The notes under the pieces were generated by a model. It did no database searches. It was not told the DNA's origin and saw only the letters and a list, made by a program, of their open reading frames with translations. Shown piece after piece: positions 1-13,100 of a stretch of DNA of 64,000 bases (positions are counted from its first letter, which is position 1; each line of letters begins with the position of its first letter). The translations under genes were made by a program, and so were the position numbers. Source of the DNA: Auanema rhodensis (taxonomy: Eukaryota > Animalia > Nematoda); NCBI GenBank assembly GCA_964057225.1, contig OZ059897.1:5704001-5768000 (forward strand), in the 5' to 3' direction.

Positions 1-2658
1 AGACAAAAGGACTCCTCTCCACATTTAGGTAAATGTCAGAATATAACTAGATTCATGTTTTGTTCAGAGAAAAAATGGCTAAAGCCTATGATTTTGCTCT
101 GGAGAAAGTGGGTCTTGACGTAAACTCTTATTCGATTTATGCTGATTATATATCATTCCTAAAAATTGTGTATGTTTGATGTAAGTTGAACTGAATTTAT
201 AAGCATTTTCCAGACCAGCAGTAGGACAATATGCTGAAAATCAAAGAATTACTGCTGTTCGTAAAGTATATCAAAGAGGAGTTTCAACTCCTATGCTCAA
301 TATTGACACTCTATGGCAAGATTATTGCAATTATGAAAAAAGTATTAATCCAACATTAGCTGAAAAATTGATTGCGGAACGAAGTAAAGAGTATCAAGTA
401 GATCAAGTGACTTTGAATGCCTAATTGACAATTGTATTTAAGGCTGCCAAAAAAGTCACTAAGAGTTTAGAAGCTGTTGCTCGTGGTATTAACCGTCAAG
501 CTGTTTCTGTTCCTCCAAGAGGAAGTACTCAAGAATTGAAACAGGTAGAAATGTGGAAGAAGTATATCCAATGGGAAAAATCGAATCCGTTAGAAACTGA
601 AGAGTATGGACAGTTTGCTAAAAGAGGTAATTTATATTTGCTTATATTCTTCTCTATGTATATTATACATATGAAATTTTAGTTGTATATGCCTATGAGC
701 AAGCCCTGCTTTGTCTTGGATATTATCCTGATATTTGGTATGAAGCAGCTGTTTTTTTGCAAGAAGCTAGTAAAATGCTTGAGCAGAAAGGAGATGTTAG
801 AACGGCTCAGCAAATGACTGAAGAAGTAGTTCGTGAGTTTCATTATGAAATTTATTTTTATCAATGTTATTGTATCATCTAGAACTGTTCGAAAGAGCTG
901 TAAATGGACTTATGAAGGATTCACAGCTCTTATACTATGCTTACGCTGATTTCGAAGAAGAGAGAATGCAGTTTGACAGCGTTAAAAAAATTTATGACAA
1001 ACTTCTAGCGATTGTTGGAATAGATCCTACCTTGGTATATTTTCAAAAGATGAAATTTGTATTCATATATGTTCCAGACTTACATTCAATTTCTAAAATT
1101 TGTTCGTCGTACCGAAGGTGTGAAATCCGCTCGTTTACTATTCAAAAGAGCAAGAGAAGATAAGAGAACCTCTTATCATATATTTGTTGCTTCTGCTTTA
1201 ATGGAATACTACTGCAGTAAGGTATATTTCCTTTTTCCTTTTTTTTATTTTGGTATTTGTTTACAGGATAAAGATATTGCCATGAGAGTTTTCGACCTAG
1301 GATTGAAAAAATATGGCGATGAACCTGAATATGCTTGCGCATATGTTGATTTTCTTTCTCACTTGAATGGTTTCAATTAACATTTGACTTCTGAAATTAT
1401 AAGTATAATTTTTTTTTCAGAAGACAACAACACTCGTGTAGTATTCGAAAGAATATTAACCTCTGTTACAATGCCTCCAGAAAAACAAGGGTAATTTGTA
1501 GAATTTATTATTTTATTAATCTATTGAAATTTTCTAGCGACATTTGGGATAGGTATCTTGAATTTGAATCATTAGTTGGTGATCTAGCTTCTACTTTAAA
1601 AGTAGATGAACGAAGAAAGCAAGCTTCTAAAGATTCTGGCTCTGAAGCAGTCATGTTGATTGATAGGTAATGAATACTTTTTCGATCAAGTATAATTTAT
1701 TTTTGAAGGTATAAATTTTTAAACTTGGTTCCTTGCACTCATGAACAATTACGACTTATGGGCTATAATGTAAGTTTTAACAATTAAATCCTTTTGATGG
1801 GCTATATTTTTAGAAAACTGTACGAGGAAGCACATCAGTTACTTCCAATACTACTTCCACTCCCGCTGCTGCTCCTGCTGCAAGATCAGTGCATTGCCCT
1901 CAAGCGGCTAGTGCTGTAATGGGGGGAAATACAGGGAACAACATGGAGCTTGGAGGGTTAGTTATATGCATTAGTTTAAAATTTTGTTCATGATTCACAA
2001 TTAGTCTTTATTGTTTTAAATTCTTTGTCATTCCAGATATCCTAAACCGGACACAGATCAAATGATACCATTCAAACCAAAAGTTAACACTGCAGGGTCT
2101 TATCACCCAGTTCCCGGAGGTATTTTCATTTTATTTCTAGCTCTTTGTTTATATAAGTATAATAAATAGGTGTTTTTCCTCCACCTCCCGCTGTTGGTCA
2201 CTTAATGTCAATGTTGCCTCCTCCTTGGACGTTCAGAGGGCCTTTTGTATCTGTTGATGCGTTGATAGATTCTATCATGAAATACAACTTACCTACAGGT
2301 ATGCTTTTCTAATATTGCTATCATAATTGAAAATTGTCATAAACTTCAGTTCCGGCTGTTGATTTGAACTCTAAACTTGAGAATGGTACAATGCTAGGTC
2401 CTATGAGAGTTGAAGATGTTAAGAAAGAGTTTTATCAAATTTTGGCAACAACAACAGATCCTCATGTGGTATATTAAAACTTTAATTCACTCTATATTTT
2501 TCAATATATTTTAGTCAATGTCTTGCTCTGATTATATCAGTGGTATAGGTGCTACAAAGAGAAAGCGTGGTGATTCTGACAGTGATGATGATGGAAAATC
2601 AGGACCAGCACCTCGCGATATATACAAGAGAAGAATGAATCAAAAAGGAAACGATTAA
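1..2658 (+). CDS. suf-1: Cleavage stimulation factor 77-kDa subunit (CstF-77/CSTF3, HAT repeats); multi-exon, 5' end outside the window
   Basis: Spliced exons give [109 protein letters not shown] and [10 protein letters not shown]; stop TAA at 2656-2658. Confidence 0.95.
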
Positions 2659-2875
2659 TATGACAATATTTTGTTTAACTTATTTTTGCTATGATGGGTA
2701 TAATGACATCCTCTTTATGACGATCTTCTTTTACATCTCACGTGTCTATTTTGTGTACATTGCTTTCATAAAATTGTAAATCTGTTTGTTTTTATTGACA
2801 TTTCAAAAGGTTCTCACCTACACATATTGCTTTTAGAATATTTTGAGTTTTCAATCCTATCTAATGCATTTATAG

Positions 2876-3625
2876 ATGGATGGTAGTGTTATAGATGAAC
2901 AGTACACAACGGATGATGTATGTAAATCTGTGGTTTCCAAAAATTTTGCTTTTCTTTTAGGCTTCTCTTGGTTCTTTTGTATATTTCGTAAATCCTCGTC
3001 AATATAATCGAATAATCAGTAGAAGGATAGCTAAAGAGAAAATGATCAAAGAAGGTCGATGGCCTGATAAAAGACAAGTTTTGTACCTTACAGTAACAGT
3101 TCATCTAAACTCCTTTTAGAGAATAATGCATGCATCACGGAGCCGACATAGTATATGCCGTACCCGAACTGCTGATGGCAAATTTGCAGGTTTTTACATT
3201 TTTTTTTCAAAGAAAAACCAGTTTATAATAAGGCGGGTCATCTAGTCTTGAATCTAATCCTGTCTCGATAGGACCTACTACTAGTTCGTCTATTCCTGGC
3301 AGTAGTCAGGACGGTACGAAGGTGACCGTTAATGAGCCGGAGAAACAGCCTCTGAAAGAAGCAAGGTGGGCTGTTCTTTTTAGACTAAGTTAATTAGGTA
3401 TAGCACAGATGGGTTCCTATTGTTCCTGGCAACAGGTCTCCCGAATATCCTCATCTGCCCTGTGGTTTCTTTGTAAAATTGGACCCTTCTCACGTAGGCT
3501 TGAATATCAAATTTTAAGATTGACATTTTTTTTTGCTTAAAGAGTGGACAAGTTGAAGTAGTTGTGGAGCCCGATGGGTCAATTTTTGTTAGACCAGCTG
3601 AAGATCCACAACAGGCAGCGCCACC

Positions 3626-3667
<42 letters not shown>

Positions 3668-3671
3668 GCAG

Positions 3672-3712
<41 letters not shown>

Positions 3713-3737
3713 GCAGCAACAACAACAGCAAAACTAA
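2876..3737 (+). CDS. Divergent NF-YA (CBF-B/HAP2 domain) with a C-terminal poly-glutamine (Q35); about 6 exons
   Basis: ATG at 2876 follows a TTATAG acceptor. Spliced translation FVNPRQYNRIISRRIAKEKMIKEGRWPDKRQ/RIMHASRSRHSICRTRTADGKF aligns with the NF-YA core (YVNAKQYHRILKRR...YLHESRHRHAMARKRGEGGRF). Last exon SGQVEVVVEPDGSIFVRPAEDPQQAAPP-Q35-N*. Not in the ORF track. Confidence 0.85.
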
Positions 3738-4095
3738 TTAATAAAGTTTTCACCTTAATATATTTCAAATTCATTTTTGCGGGTACTTTGGGAATTTTAT
3801 AAGTACTAATATCATAATGCTTCATAATTTCTTTGATTTGATGCAATCTTATGTTTCATTCAAACATCTCTGTTCTTGTATATTTTTCTGTAGCTAAGCG
3901 AATGTTCCAAGCAGCTGGCTATTAATTTTTAATATCGTGCTAGGATACAACTGCCACATACACTACCATCTTTGTCTCTCGGACCATACTTTTCTTATTT
4001 AACAAGCACTAATTTATTGTCTTATTCGTTAAATTGTAATAAACATTAACATGTAACTTTACCTGTGTTGTAGATGATTGTTGGCAAGAAGGAAG
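3346..4095 (+). repeat. 750-bp direct repeat, left copy (NF-YA 3' end, spacer, first 22 nt of the paraoxonase-like CDS)
   Basis: Matches 29777-30526 at a constant offset of 26431; only difference seen is A3402 versus T29833. Confidence 0.97.
3627..3731 (+). repeat. CAA/CAG trinucleotide tract encoding Q35 (second copy at 30058-30162)
   Basis: 105 nt of CAA/CAG codons in frame with the NF-YA last exon. Confidence 0.95.
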
Positions 4096-4100
4096 ATTAG
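4074..4100 (+). pseudogene. Truncated start of the paraoxonase-like gene (MIVGKKED*)
   Basis: ATG at 4074 corresponds to ATG 30505; the frame enters the junction filler and stops at TAG 4098-4100. Confidence 0.8.
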
Positions 4101-4126
4101 ACTTAAAAAGAGAAAATTCAAGATTA

Positions 4127-7100
4127 ACTGAACACAACGTGCGTACAGCCTGAACTATTTTGTGAACAAATCTTGTGGATGGGGTCGATATAAACCGTTT
4201 TTCCGGAACCTGGAAACGTTTTACCGAAATCTCACCAAGATTTTCAGAATCTACACATCTGAATACCTAACCTCAGATTATTTTTATTTGATTTTAGTTA
4301 ATGATCTGTGAGAAAGACGGACATTCACTGAACACAACGTGCCTACAGCCTGAACTATTTTGTGAACAAATCTTGTGGATGGGGTCGATATAAACCGTTT
4401 TTCCGGAACCTGGAAACGTTTTACCGAAATCTCACCAAGATTTTCAGAATCTACACATCTGAATACCTAACCTCAGATTATTTTTATTTGATTTTAGTTA
4501 ATGATCTGTGAGAAAGACGGACATTCACTGAACACAACGTGCCTACAGCCTGAACTATTTTGTGAACAAATCTTGTGGATGGGGTCGATATAAACCGTTT
4601 TTCCGGAACCTGGAAACGTTTTACCGAAATCTCACCAAGAATTTCAGAATCTACACATCTGAATACCTAACCTCAGATTATTTTTATTTGATTTTAGCTA
4701 ATGATCTGTGAGAAAGACGGACATTCACTGAACACAACGTGCCTACAGCCTGAACTATTTTGTGAACAAATCTTGTGGATGGGGTCGATATAAACCGTTT
4801 TTCCGGAACCTGGAAACGTTTGACCGAAATCTCACCAAGGAGTCAGAATCTACACATCTGAATACCTAACCTCAGATTATTTTTATTTGATTTTAGCTAA
4901 TGATCTGTGAGAAAGACGGACATTCACTGAACACAACGTGCCTACAGCCTGAACTATTTTGTGAACAAATCTTGTGGATGGGGTCGATATAAACCGTTTT
5001 TCCGGAACCTGGAAACGTTTTACCGAAATCTCACCAAGAATTTCAGAATCTACACATCTGAATACCTAACCTCAGATTATTTTTATTTGATTTTAGTTAA
5101 TGATCTGTGAGAAAGACGGACATTCACTGAACACAACGTGCCTACAGCCTGAACTATTTTGTGAACAAATCTTGTGGATGGGGTCGATATAAACCGTTTT
5201 TCCGGAACCTGGAAACGTTTTACCGAAATCTCACCAAGATTTTCAGAATCTACACATCTGAATACCTAACCTCAGATTATTTTTATTTGATTTTAGTTAA
5301 TGATCTGTGAGAAAGACGGACATTCACTGAACACAACGTGCCTACAGCCTGAACTATTTTGTGAACAAATCTTGTGGATGGGGTCGATATAAACCGTTTT
5401 TCCGGAACCTGGAAACGTTTGACCGGAATCTCACCAAGAATTTCAGAATCTACACATCTGAATACCTAACCTCAGATTATTTTTATTTGATTTTAGTTAA
5501 TGATCTGTGAGAAAGACGGACATTCACTGAACACAACGTGCCTACAGCCTGAACTATTTTGTGAACAAATCTTGTGGATGGGGTCGATATAAACCATTTT
5601 TCCGGAACCTGGAAACGTTTTACCGAAATCTCACCAAGATTTTCAGAATCTACACATCTGAATACCTAACCTCAGATTATTTTTATTTGATTTTAGTTAA
5701 TGATCTGTGAGAAAGACGGACATTCACTGAACACAACGTGCCTACAGCCTGAACTATTTTGTGAACAAATCTTGTGGATGGGGTCGATATAAACCGTTTT
5801 TCCGGAACCTGGAAACGTTTTACCGAAATCTCACCAAGAATTTCAGAATCTACACATCTGAATACCTAACCTCAGATTATTTTTATTTGATTTTAGCTAA
5901 TGATCTGTGAGAAAGACGGACATTCACTGAACACAACGTGCCTACAGCCTGAACTATTTTGTGAACAAATCTTGTGGATGGGGTCGATATAAACCGTTTT
6001 TCCGGAACCTGGAAACGTTTGACCGAAATCTCACCAAGGAGTCAGAATCTACACATCTGAATACCTAACCTCAGATTATTTTTATTTGATTTTAGCTAAT
6101 GATCTGTGAGAAAGACGGACATTCACTGAACACAACGTGCCTACAGCCTGAACTATTTTGTGAACAAATCTTGTGGATGGGGTCGATATAAACCGTTTTT
6201 CCGGAACCTGGAAACGTTTGACCGAAATCTCAACAAGAATTTCAGAATCTACACATCTGAATACCTAACCTCAGATTATTTTTATTTGATTTTAGTTAAT
6301 GATCTGTGAGAAAGACGGACATTCACTGAACACAACATGCCTACAGCCTGAAGTATTTTGTGAACAAATCTTGTGGATGGGGTCGATATAAACCGTTTTT
6401 CCGGAACCTGGAAACGTTTGACCGAAATCTCACCAAGAATTTCAGAATCTACACATCTGAATACCTAACCTCAGATTATTTTTATTTGATTTTAGTTAAT
6501 GATCTGTGAGAAAGACGGACATTCACTGAACACAACGTGCCTACAGCCTGAACTATTTTGTGAACAAATCTTGTGGATGGGGTCGATATAAACCGTTTTT
6601 CCGGAACCTCGAAACGTTTTACCGAAATCTCACCAAGAATTTCAGAATCTACACATCTGAATACCTAACCTCAGATTATTTTTATTTGATTTTAGTTAAT
6701 GATCTGTGAGAAAGACGGACATTCACTGAACACAACGTGCCTACAGCCTGAACTATTTTGTGAACAAATCTTGTGGATGGGGTCGATAAAAACCGTTTTT
6801 CCGGAACCTCGAAACGTTTTACCGAAATCTCACCAAGAATTTCAGAATCTACACATCTGAATACCTAACCTCAGATTATTTTTATTTGATTTTAGTTAAT
6901 GATCTGTGAGAAAGACGGACATTCACTGAACACAACGTGCCTACAGCCTGAACTATTTTGTGAACAAATCTTGTGGATGGGGTCGATAAAAACCGTTTTT
7001 CCGGAACCTGGAAACGTTTTACCGAAATCTCACCAAGAATTTCAGAATCTACACATCTGAATACCTAACCTCAGATTATTTTTATTTGATTTTAGTAAAT

Positions 7101-10100
7101 GATCTGTGAGAAAGACGGACATTCACTGAACACAACGTGCCTACAGCCTGAACTATTTTGTGAACAAATCTTGTGGATGGGGTCGATATAAACCGTTTTT
7201 CCGGAACCTCGAAACGTTTTACCGGAATCTCACCAAGAATTTCAGAATCTACACATCTGAATACCTAACCTCAGATTATTTTTATTTGATTTTAGTAAAT
7301 GATCTGTGAGAAAGACGGACATTCACTGAACACAACGTGCCTACAGCCTGAACTATTTTGTGAACAAATCTTGTGGATGGGGTCGATAAAAACCGTTTTT
7401 CCGGAACCTGGAAACGTTTTACCGAAATCTCACCAAGAATTTCAGAATCTACACATCTGAATACCTAACCTCAGATTATTTTTATTTGATTTTAGTTAAT
7501 GATCTGTGAGAAAGACGGACATTCACTGAACACAACGTGCCTACAGCCTGAACTATTTTGTGAACAAATCTTGTGGATGGGGTCGATATAAACCGTTTTT
7601 CCGGAACCTCGAAACGTTTTACCGGAATCTCACCAAGAATTTCAGAATCTACACATCTGAATACCTAACCTCAGATTATTTTTATTTGATTTTAGTAAAT
7701 GATCTGTGAGAAAGACGGACATTCACTGAACACAACGTGCCTACAGCCTGAACTATTTTGTGAACAAATCTTGTGGATGGGGTCGATATAAACCGTTTTT
7801 CCGGAACCTGGAAACGTTTGACCGAAATCTCACCAAGAATTTCAGAATCTACACATCTGAATACCTAACCTCAGATTATTTTTATTTGATTTTAGTTAAT
7901 GATCTGTGAGAAAGACGGACATTCACTGAACACAACGTGCCTACAGCCTGAACTATTTTGTGAACAAATCTTGTGGATGGGGTCGATATAAACCGTTTTT
8001 CCGGAAGCTGGAAACGTTTGACCGAAATCTCACCAAGAATTTCAGAATCTACACATCTGAATACCTAACCTCAGATTATTTTTATTTGATTTTAGTTAAT
8101 GATCTGTGAGAAAGACGGACATTCACTGAACACAACGTGCCTACAGCCTGAACTATTTTGTGAACAAATCTTGTGGATGGGGTCGATATAAACCGTTTTT
8201 CCGGAACCTGGAAACGTTTGACCGAAATCTCAGCAAGAATTTCAGAATCTACACATCTGAATACCTAACCTCAGATTACTTTTATTTGATTTTAGTTAAT
8301 GATCTGTGAGAAAGACGGACATTCACTGAACACAACGTGCCTACAGCCTGAACTATTTTGTGAACAAATCTTGTGGATGGGGTCGATATAAACCGTTTTT
8401 CCGGAACCTCGAAACGTTTTACCGGAATCTCACCAAGAATTTCAGAATCTACACATCTGAATACCTAACCTCAGATTATTTTTATTTGATTTTAGTAAAT
8501 GATCTGTGAGAAAGACGGACATTCACTGAACACAACGTGCCTACAGCCTGAACTATTTTGTGAACAAATCTTGTGGATGGGGTCGATATAAACCGTTTTT
8601 CCGGAACCTGGAAACGTTTGACCGAAATCTCACCAAGAATTTCAGAATCTACACATCTGAATACCTAACCTCAGATTACTTTTATTTGATTTTAGTTAAT
8701 GGTCTGTGAGAAAGACGGACATTCACTGAACACAACGTGCCTACAGCCTGAACTATTTTGTGAACAAATCTTGTGGATGGGGTCGATATAAACCGTTTTT
8801 CCGGAACCTCGAAACGTTTTACCGAAATCTCACCAAGAATTTCAGAATCTACACATCTGAATACCTAACCTCAGATTATTTTTATTTGATTTTATTTAAT
8901 GATCTGTGAGAAAGACGGACATTCACTGAACACAACGTGCCTACAGCCTGAACTATTTTGTGAACAAATCTTGTGGATGGGGTCGATATAAACCGTTTTT
9001 CCGGAACCTGGAAACGTTTGACCGAAATCTCACCAAGAATTTCAGAATCTACACATCTGAATACCTAACCTCAGATTACTTTTATTTGATTTTAGTTAAT
9101 GGTCTGTGAGAAAGACGGACATTCACTGAACACAACGTGCCTACAGCCTGAACTATTTTGTGAACAAATCTTGTGGATGGGGTCGATATAAACCGTTTTT
9201 CCGGAACCTGGAAACGTTTTACCGAAATCTCACCAAGAATTTCAGAATCTACACATCTGAATACCTAACCTCAGATTATTTTTATTTGATTTTATTTAAT
9301 GATCTGTGAGAAAGACGGACATTCACTGAACACAACGTGCCTACAGCCTGAACTATTTTGTGAACAAATCTTGTGGATGGGGTCGATATAAACCGTTTTT
9401 CCGGAACCTCGAAACGTTTTACCGAAATCTCACCAAGAATTTCAGAATCTACACATCTGAATACCTAACCTCAGATTATTTTTATTTGATTTTATTTAAT
9501 GATCTGTGAGAAAGACGGACATTCACTGAACACAACGTGCCTACAGCCTGAACTATTTTGTGAACAAATCTTGTGGATGGGGTCGATATAAACCGTTTTT
9601 CCGGAACCTGGAAACGTTTGACCGAAATCTCACCAAGAATTTCAGAATCTACACATCTGAATACCTAACCTCAGATTATTTTTATTTGATTTTAGTTAAT
9701 GATCTGTGAGAAAGACGGACATTCACTGAACACAACGTGACTACAGCCTGAACTATTTTGTGAACAAATCTTGTGAATGAGGTCGATATAAACCGTTTTT
9801 CCGGAACCTGGAAACGTTTTACCGAAATCTCACCAAGGAGTCAGAATCTACACATCTGAATACCAAACCTCAGATTATTTTTATTTGATTTTAGTTAATG
9901 ATCTGTGAGAAAGACGGACATTCACTGAACACAACGTGACTACAGCCTGAACTATTTTGTGAACAAATCTTGTGAATGAGGTCGATATAAACCGTTTTTC
10001 CGGAACCTGGAAACGTTTTACCGAAATCTCACCAAGGAGTCAGAATCTACACATCTGAATAATAAACCTCAGATTATTTTTATTTGATTTTAGTTAATGA

Positions 10101-13100
10101 TCTGTGAGAAAGACGGACATTCACTGAACACAACGTGCCTACAGCCTGAACTATTTTGTGAACAAATCTTGTGAATGAGGTCGATATAAACCGTTTTTCC
10201 GGAACCTGGAAACGTTTTACCGAAATCTCACCAAGGAGTCAGAATCTACACATCTGAATAATAAACCTCAGATTATTTTTATTTGATTTTAGTTAATGAT
10301 CTGTGAGAAAGACGGACATTCACTGAACACAACGTGCCTACAGCCTGAACTATTTTGTGAACAAATCTTGTGAATGAGGTCGATATAAACCGTTTTTCCG
10401 GAACCTGGAAACGTTTGACCGAAATCTCACCAAGAATTTCAGAATCTACACATCTGAATACCTAACCTCAGATTACTTTTATTTGATTTTAGTTAATGAT
10501 CTGTGAGAAAGACGGACATTCACTGAACACAACGTGCCTACAGCCTGAACTATTTTGTGAACAAATCTTGTGGATGGGGTCGATATAAACCGTTTTTCCG
10601 GAACCTGGAAACGTTTAACCGAAATCTCACCAAGAATTTCAGAATCTACACATCTGAATACCAAACCTCAGATTATTTTTATTTGATTTTACTTAATGAT
10701 CTGTGAGAAAGACGGACATTCACTGAACACAACGTGCCTACAGCCTGAACTATTTTGTGAACAAATCTTGTGGATGGGGTCGATATAAACCGTTTTTCCG
10801 GAACCTCGAAACGTTTTACCGAAATCTCACCAAGAATTTCAGAATCTACACATCTGAATACCTAACCTCTTATTATTTTTATTTGATTTTAGTTAATGAT
10901 CTGTGAGAAAGACGGACATTCACTGAACACAACGTGCCTACAGCCTGAACTATTTTGTGAACAAATCTTGTGAATGGGGTCGATATAAACCGTTTTTCCG
11001 GAACCTGGAAACGTTTTACCGAAATCTCACCAAGAATTTCAGAATCTACACATCTGAATACTTAACCTCAGATTATTTTTATTTGATTTTATTTAATGAT
11101 CTGTGAGAAAGACGGACATTCACTGAACACAACGTGCCTACAGCCTGAACTATTTTGTGAACAAATCTTGTGGATGGGGTCGATATAAACCGTTTTTCCG
11201 GAACCTGGAAACGTTTTACCGAAATCTCACCAAGAATTTCAGAATCTACACATCTGAATACCTAACCTCAGATTATTTTTATTTGATTTTATTTAATGAT
11301 CTGTGAGAAAGACGGACATTCACTGAACACAACGTGCCTACAGCCTGAACTATTTTGTGAACAAATCTTGTGGATGTGGTCGATATAAACCGTTTTTCCG
11401 GAACCTCGAAACGTTTTACCGAAATCTCACCAAGGAGTCAGAATCTACACATCTGAATACCTAACCTCAGATTATTTTTATTTGATTTTAGTTAATGATC
11501 TGTGAGAAAGACGGACATTCACTGAACACAACGTGCCTACAGCCTGAACTATTTTGTGAACAAATCTTGTGGATGGGGTCGATATAAACCGTTTTTCCGG
11601 AACCTGGAAACGTTTTACCGAAATCTCACCAAGAATTTCAGAATCTACACATCTGAATACTTAACCTCAGATTATTTTTATTTGATTTTATTTAATGATC
11701 TGTGAGAAAGACGGACATTCACTGAACACAACGTGCCTACAGCCTGAACTATTTTGTGAACAAATCTTGTGGATGTGGTCGATATAAACCGTTTTTCCGG
11801 AACCTCGAAACGTTTTACCGAAATCTCACCAAGGAGTCAGAATCTACACATCTGAATACTTAACCTCAGATTATTTTTATTTGATTTTATTTAATGATCT
11901 GTGAGAAAGACGGACATTCACTGAACACAACGTGCCTACAGCCTGAACTATTTTGTGAACAAATCTTGTGGATGGGGTCGATATAAACCGTTTTTCCGGA
12001 ACCTGGAAACGTTTTACCGAAATCTCACCAAGAATTTCAGAATCTACACATCTGAATACCTAACCTCAGATTATTTTTATTTGATTTTATTTAATGATCT
12101 GTGAGAAAGACGGACATTCACTGAACACAACGTGCCTACAGCCTGAACTATTTTGTGAACAAATCTTGTGGATGGGGTCGATATAAACCGTTTTTCCGGA
12201 ACCTGGAAACGTTTTACCGAAATCTCACCAAGAATTTCAGAATCTACACATCTGAATACCTAACCTCAGATTATTTTTATTTGATTTTATTTAATGATCT
12301 GTGAGAAAGACGGACATTCACTGAACACAACGTGCCTACAGCCTGAACTATTTTGTGAACAAATCTTGTGGATGTGGTCGATATAAACCGTTTTTCCGGA
12401 ACCTCGAAACGTTTTACCGAAATCTCACCAAGAATTTCAGAATCTACACATCTGAATACCTAACCTCAGATTATTTTTATTTGATTTTAGTTAATGATCT
12501 GTGAGAAAGACGGACATTCACTGAACACAACGTGCCTACAGCCTGAACTATTTTGTGAACAAATCTTGTGGATGGGGTCGATATAAACCGTTTTTCCGGA
12601 ACCTCGAAACGTTTTACCGAAATCTCACCAAGAATTTCAGAATCTACACATCTGAATACCTAACCTCAGATTATTTTTATTTGATTTTAGTTAATGATCT
12701 GTGAGAAAGACGGACATTCACTGAACACAACGTGCCTACAGCCTGAACTATTTTGTGAACAAATCTTGTGGATGTGGTCGATATAAACCGTTTTTCCGGA
12801 ACCTCGAAACGTTTTACCGAAATCTCACCAAGAATTTCAGAATCTACACATCTGAATACCTAACCTCAGATTATTTTTATTTGATTTTAGTTAATGATCT
12901 GTGAGAAAGACGGACATTCACTGAACACAACGTGCCTACAGCCTGAACTATTTTGTGAACAAATCTTGTGGATGGGGTCGATATAAACCGTTTTTCCGGA
13001 ACCTGGAAACGTTTTACCGAAATCTCACCAAGAATTTCAGAATCTACACATCTGAATACTTAACCTCAGATTATTTTTATTTGATTTTATTTAATGATCT

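Noticed and set aside
3589-3846. 85-aa poly-Ala/Val ORF (also 30020-30277)
   Set aside because: Antisense shadow of the NF-YA poly-Q exon.
3890-3922. Possible hairpin or small RNA in the NF-YA to paraoxonase spacer
   Set aside because: Short stem only, with no recognisable snoRNA, sbRNA or miRNA features.
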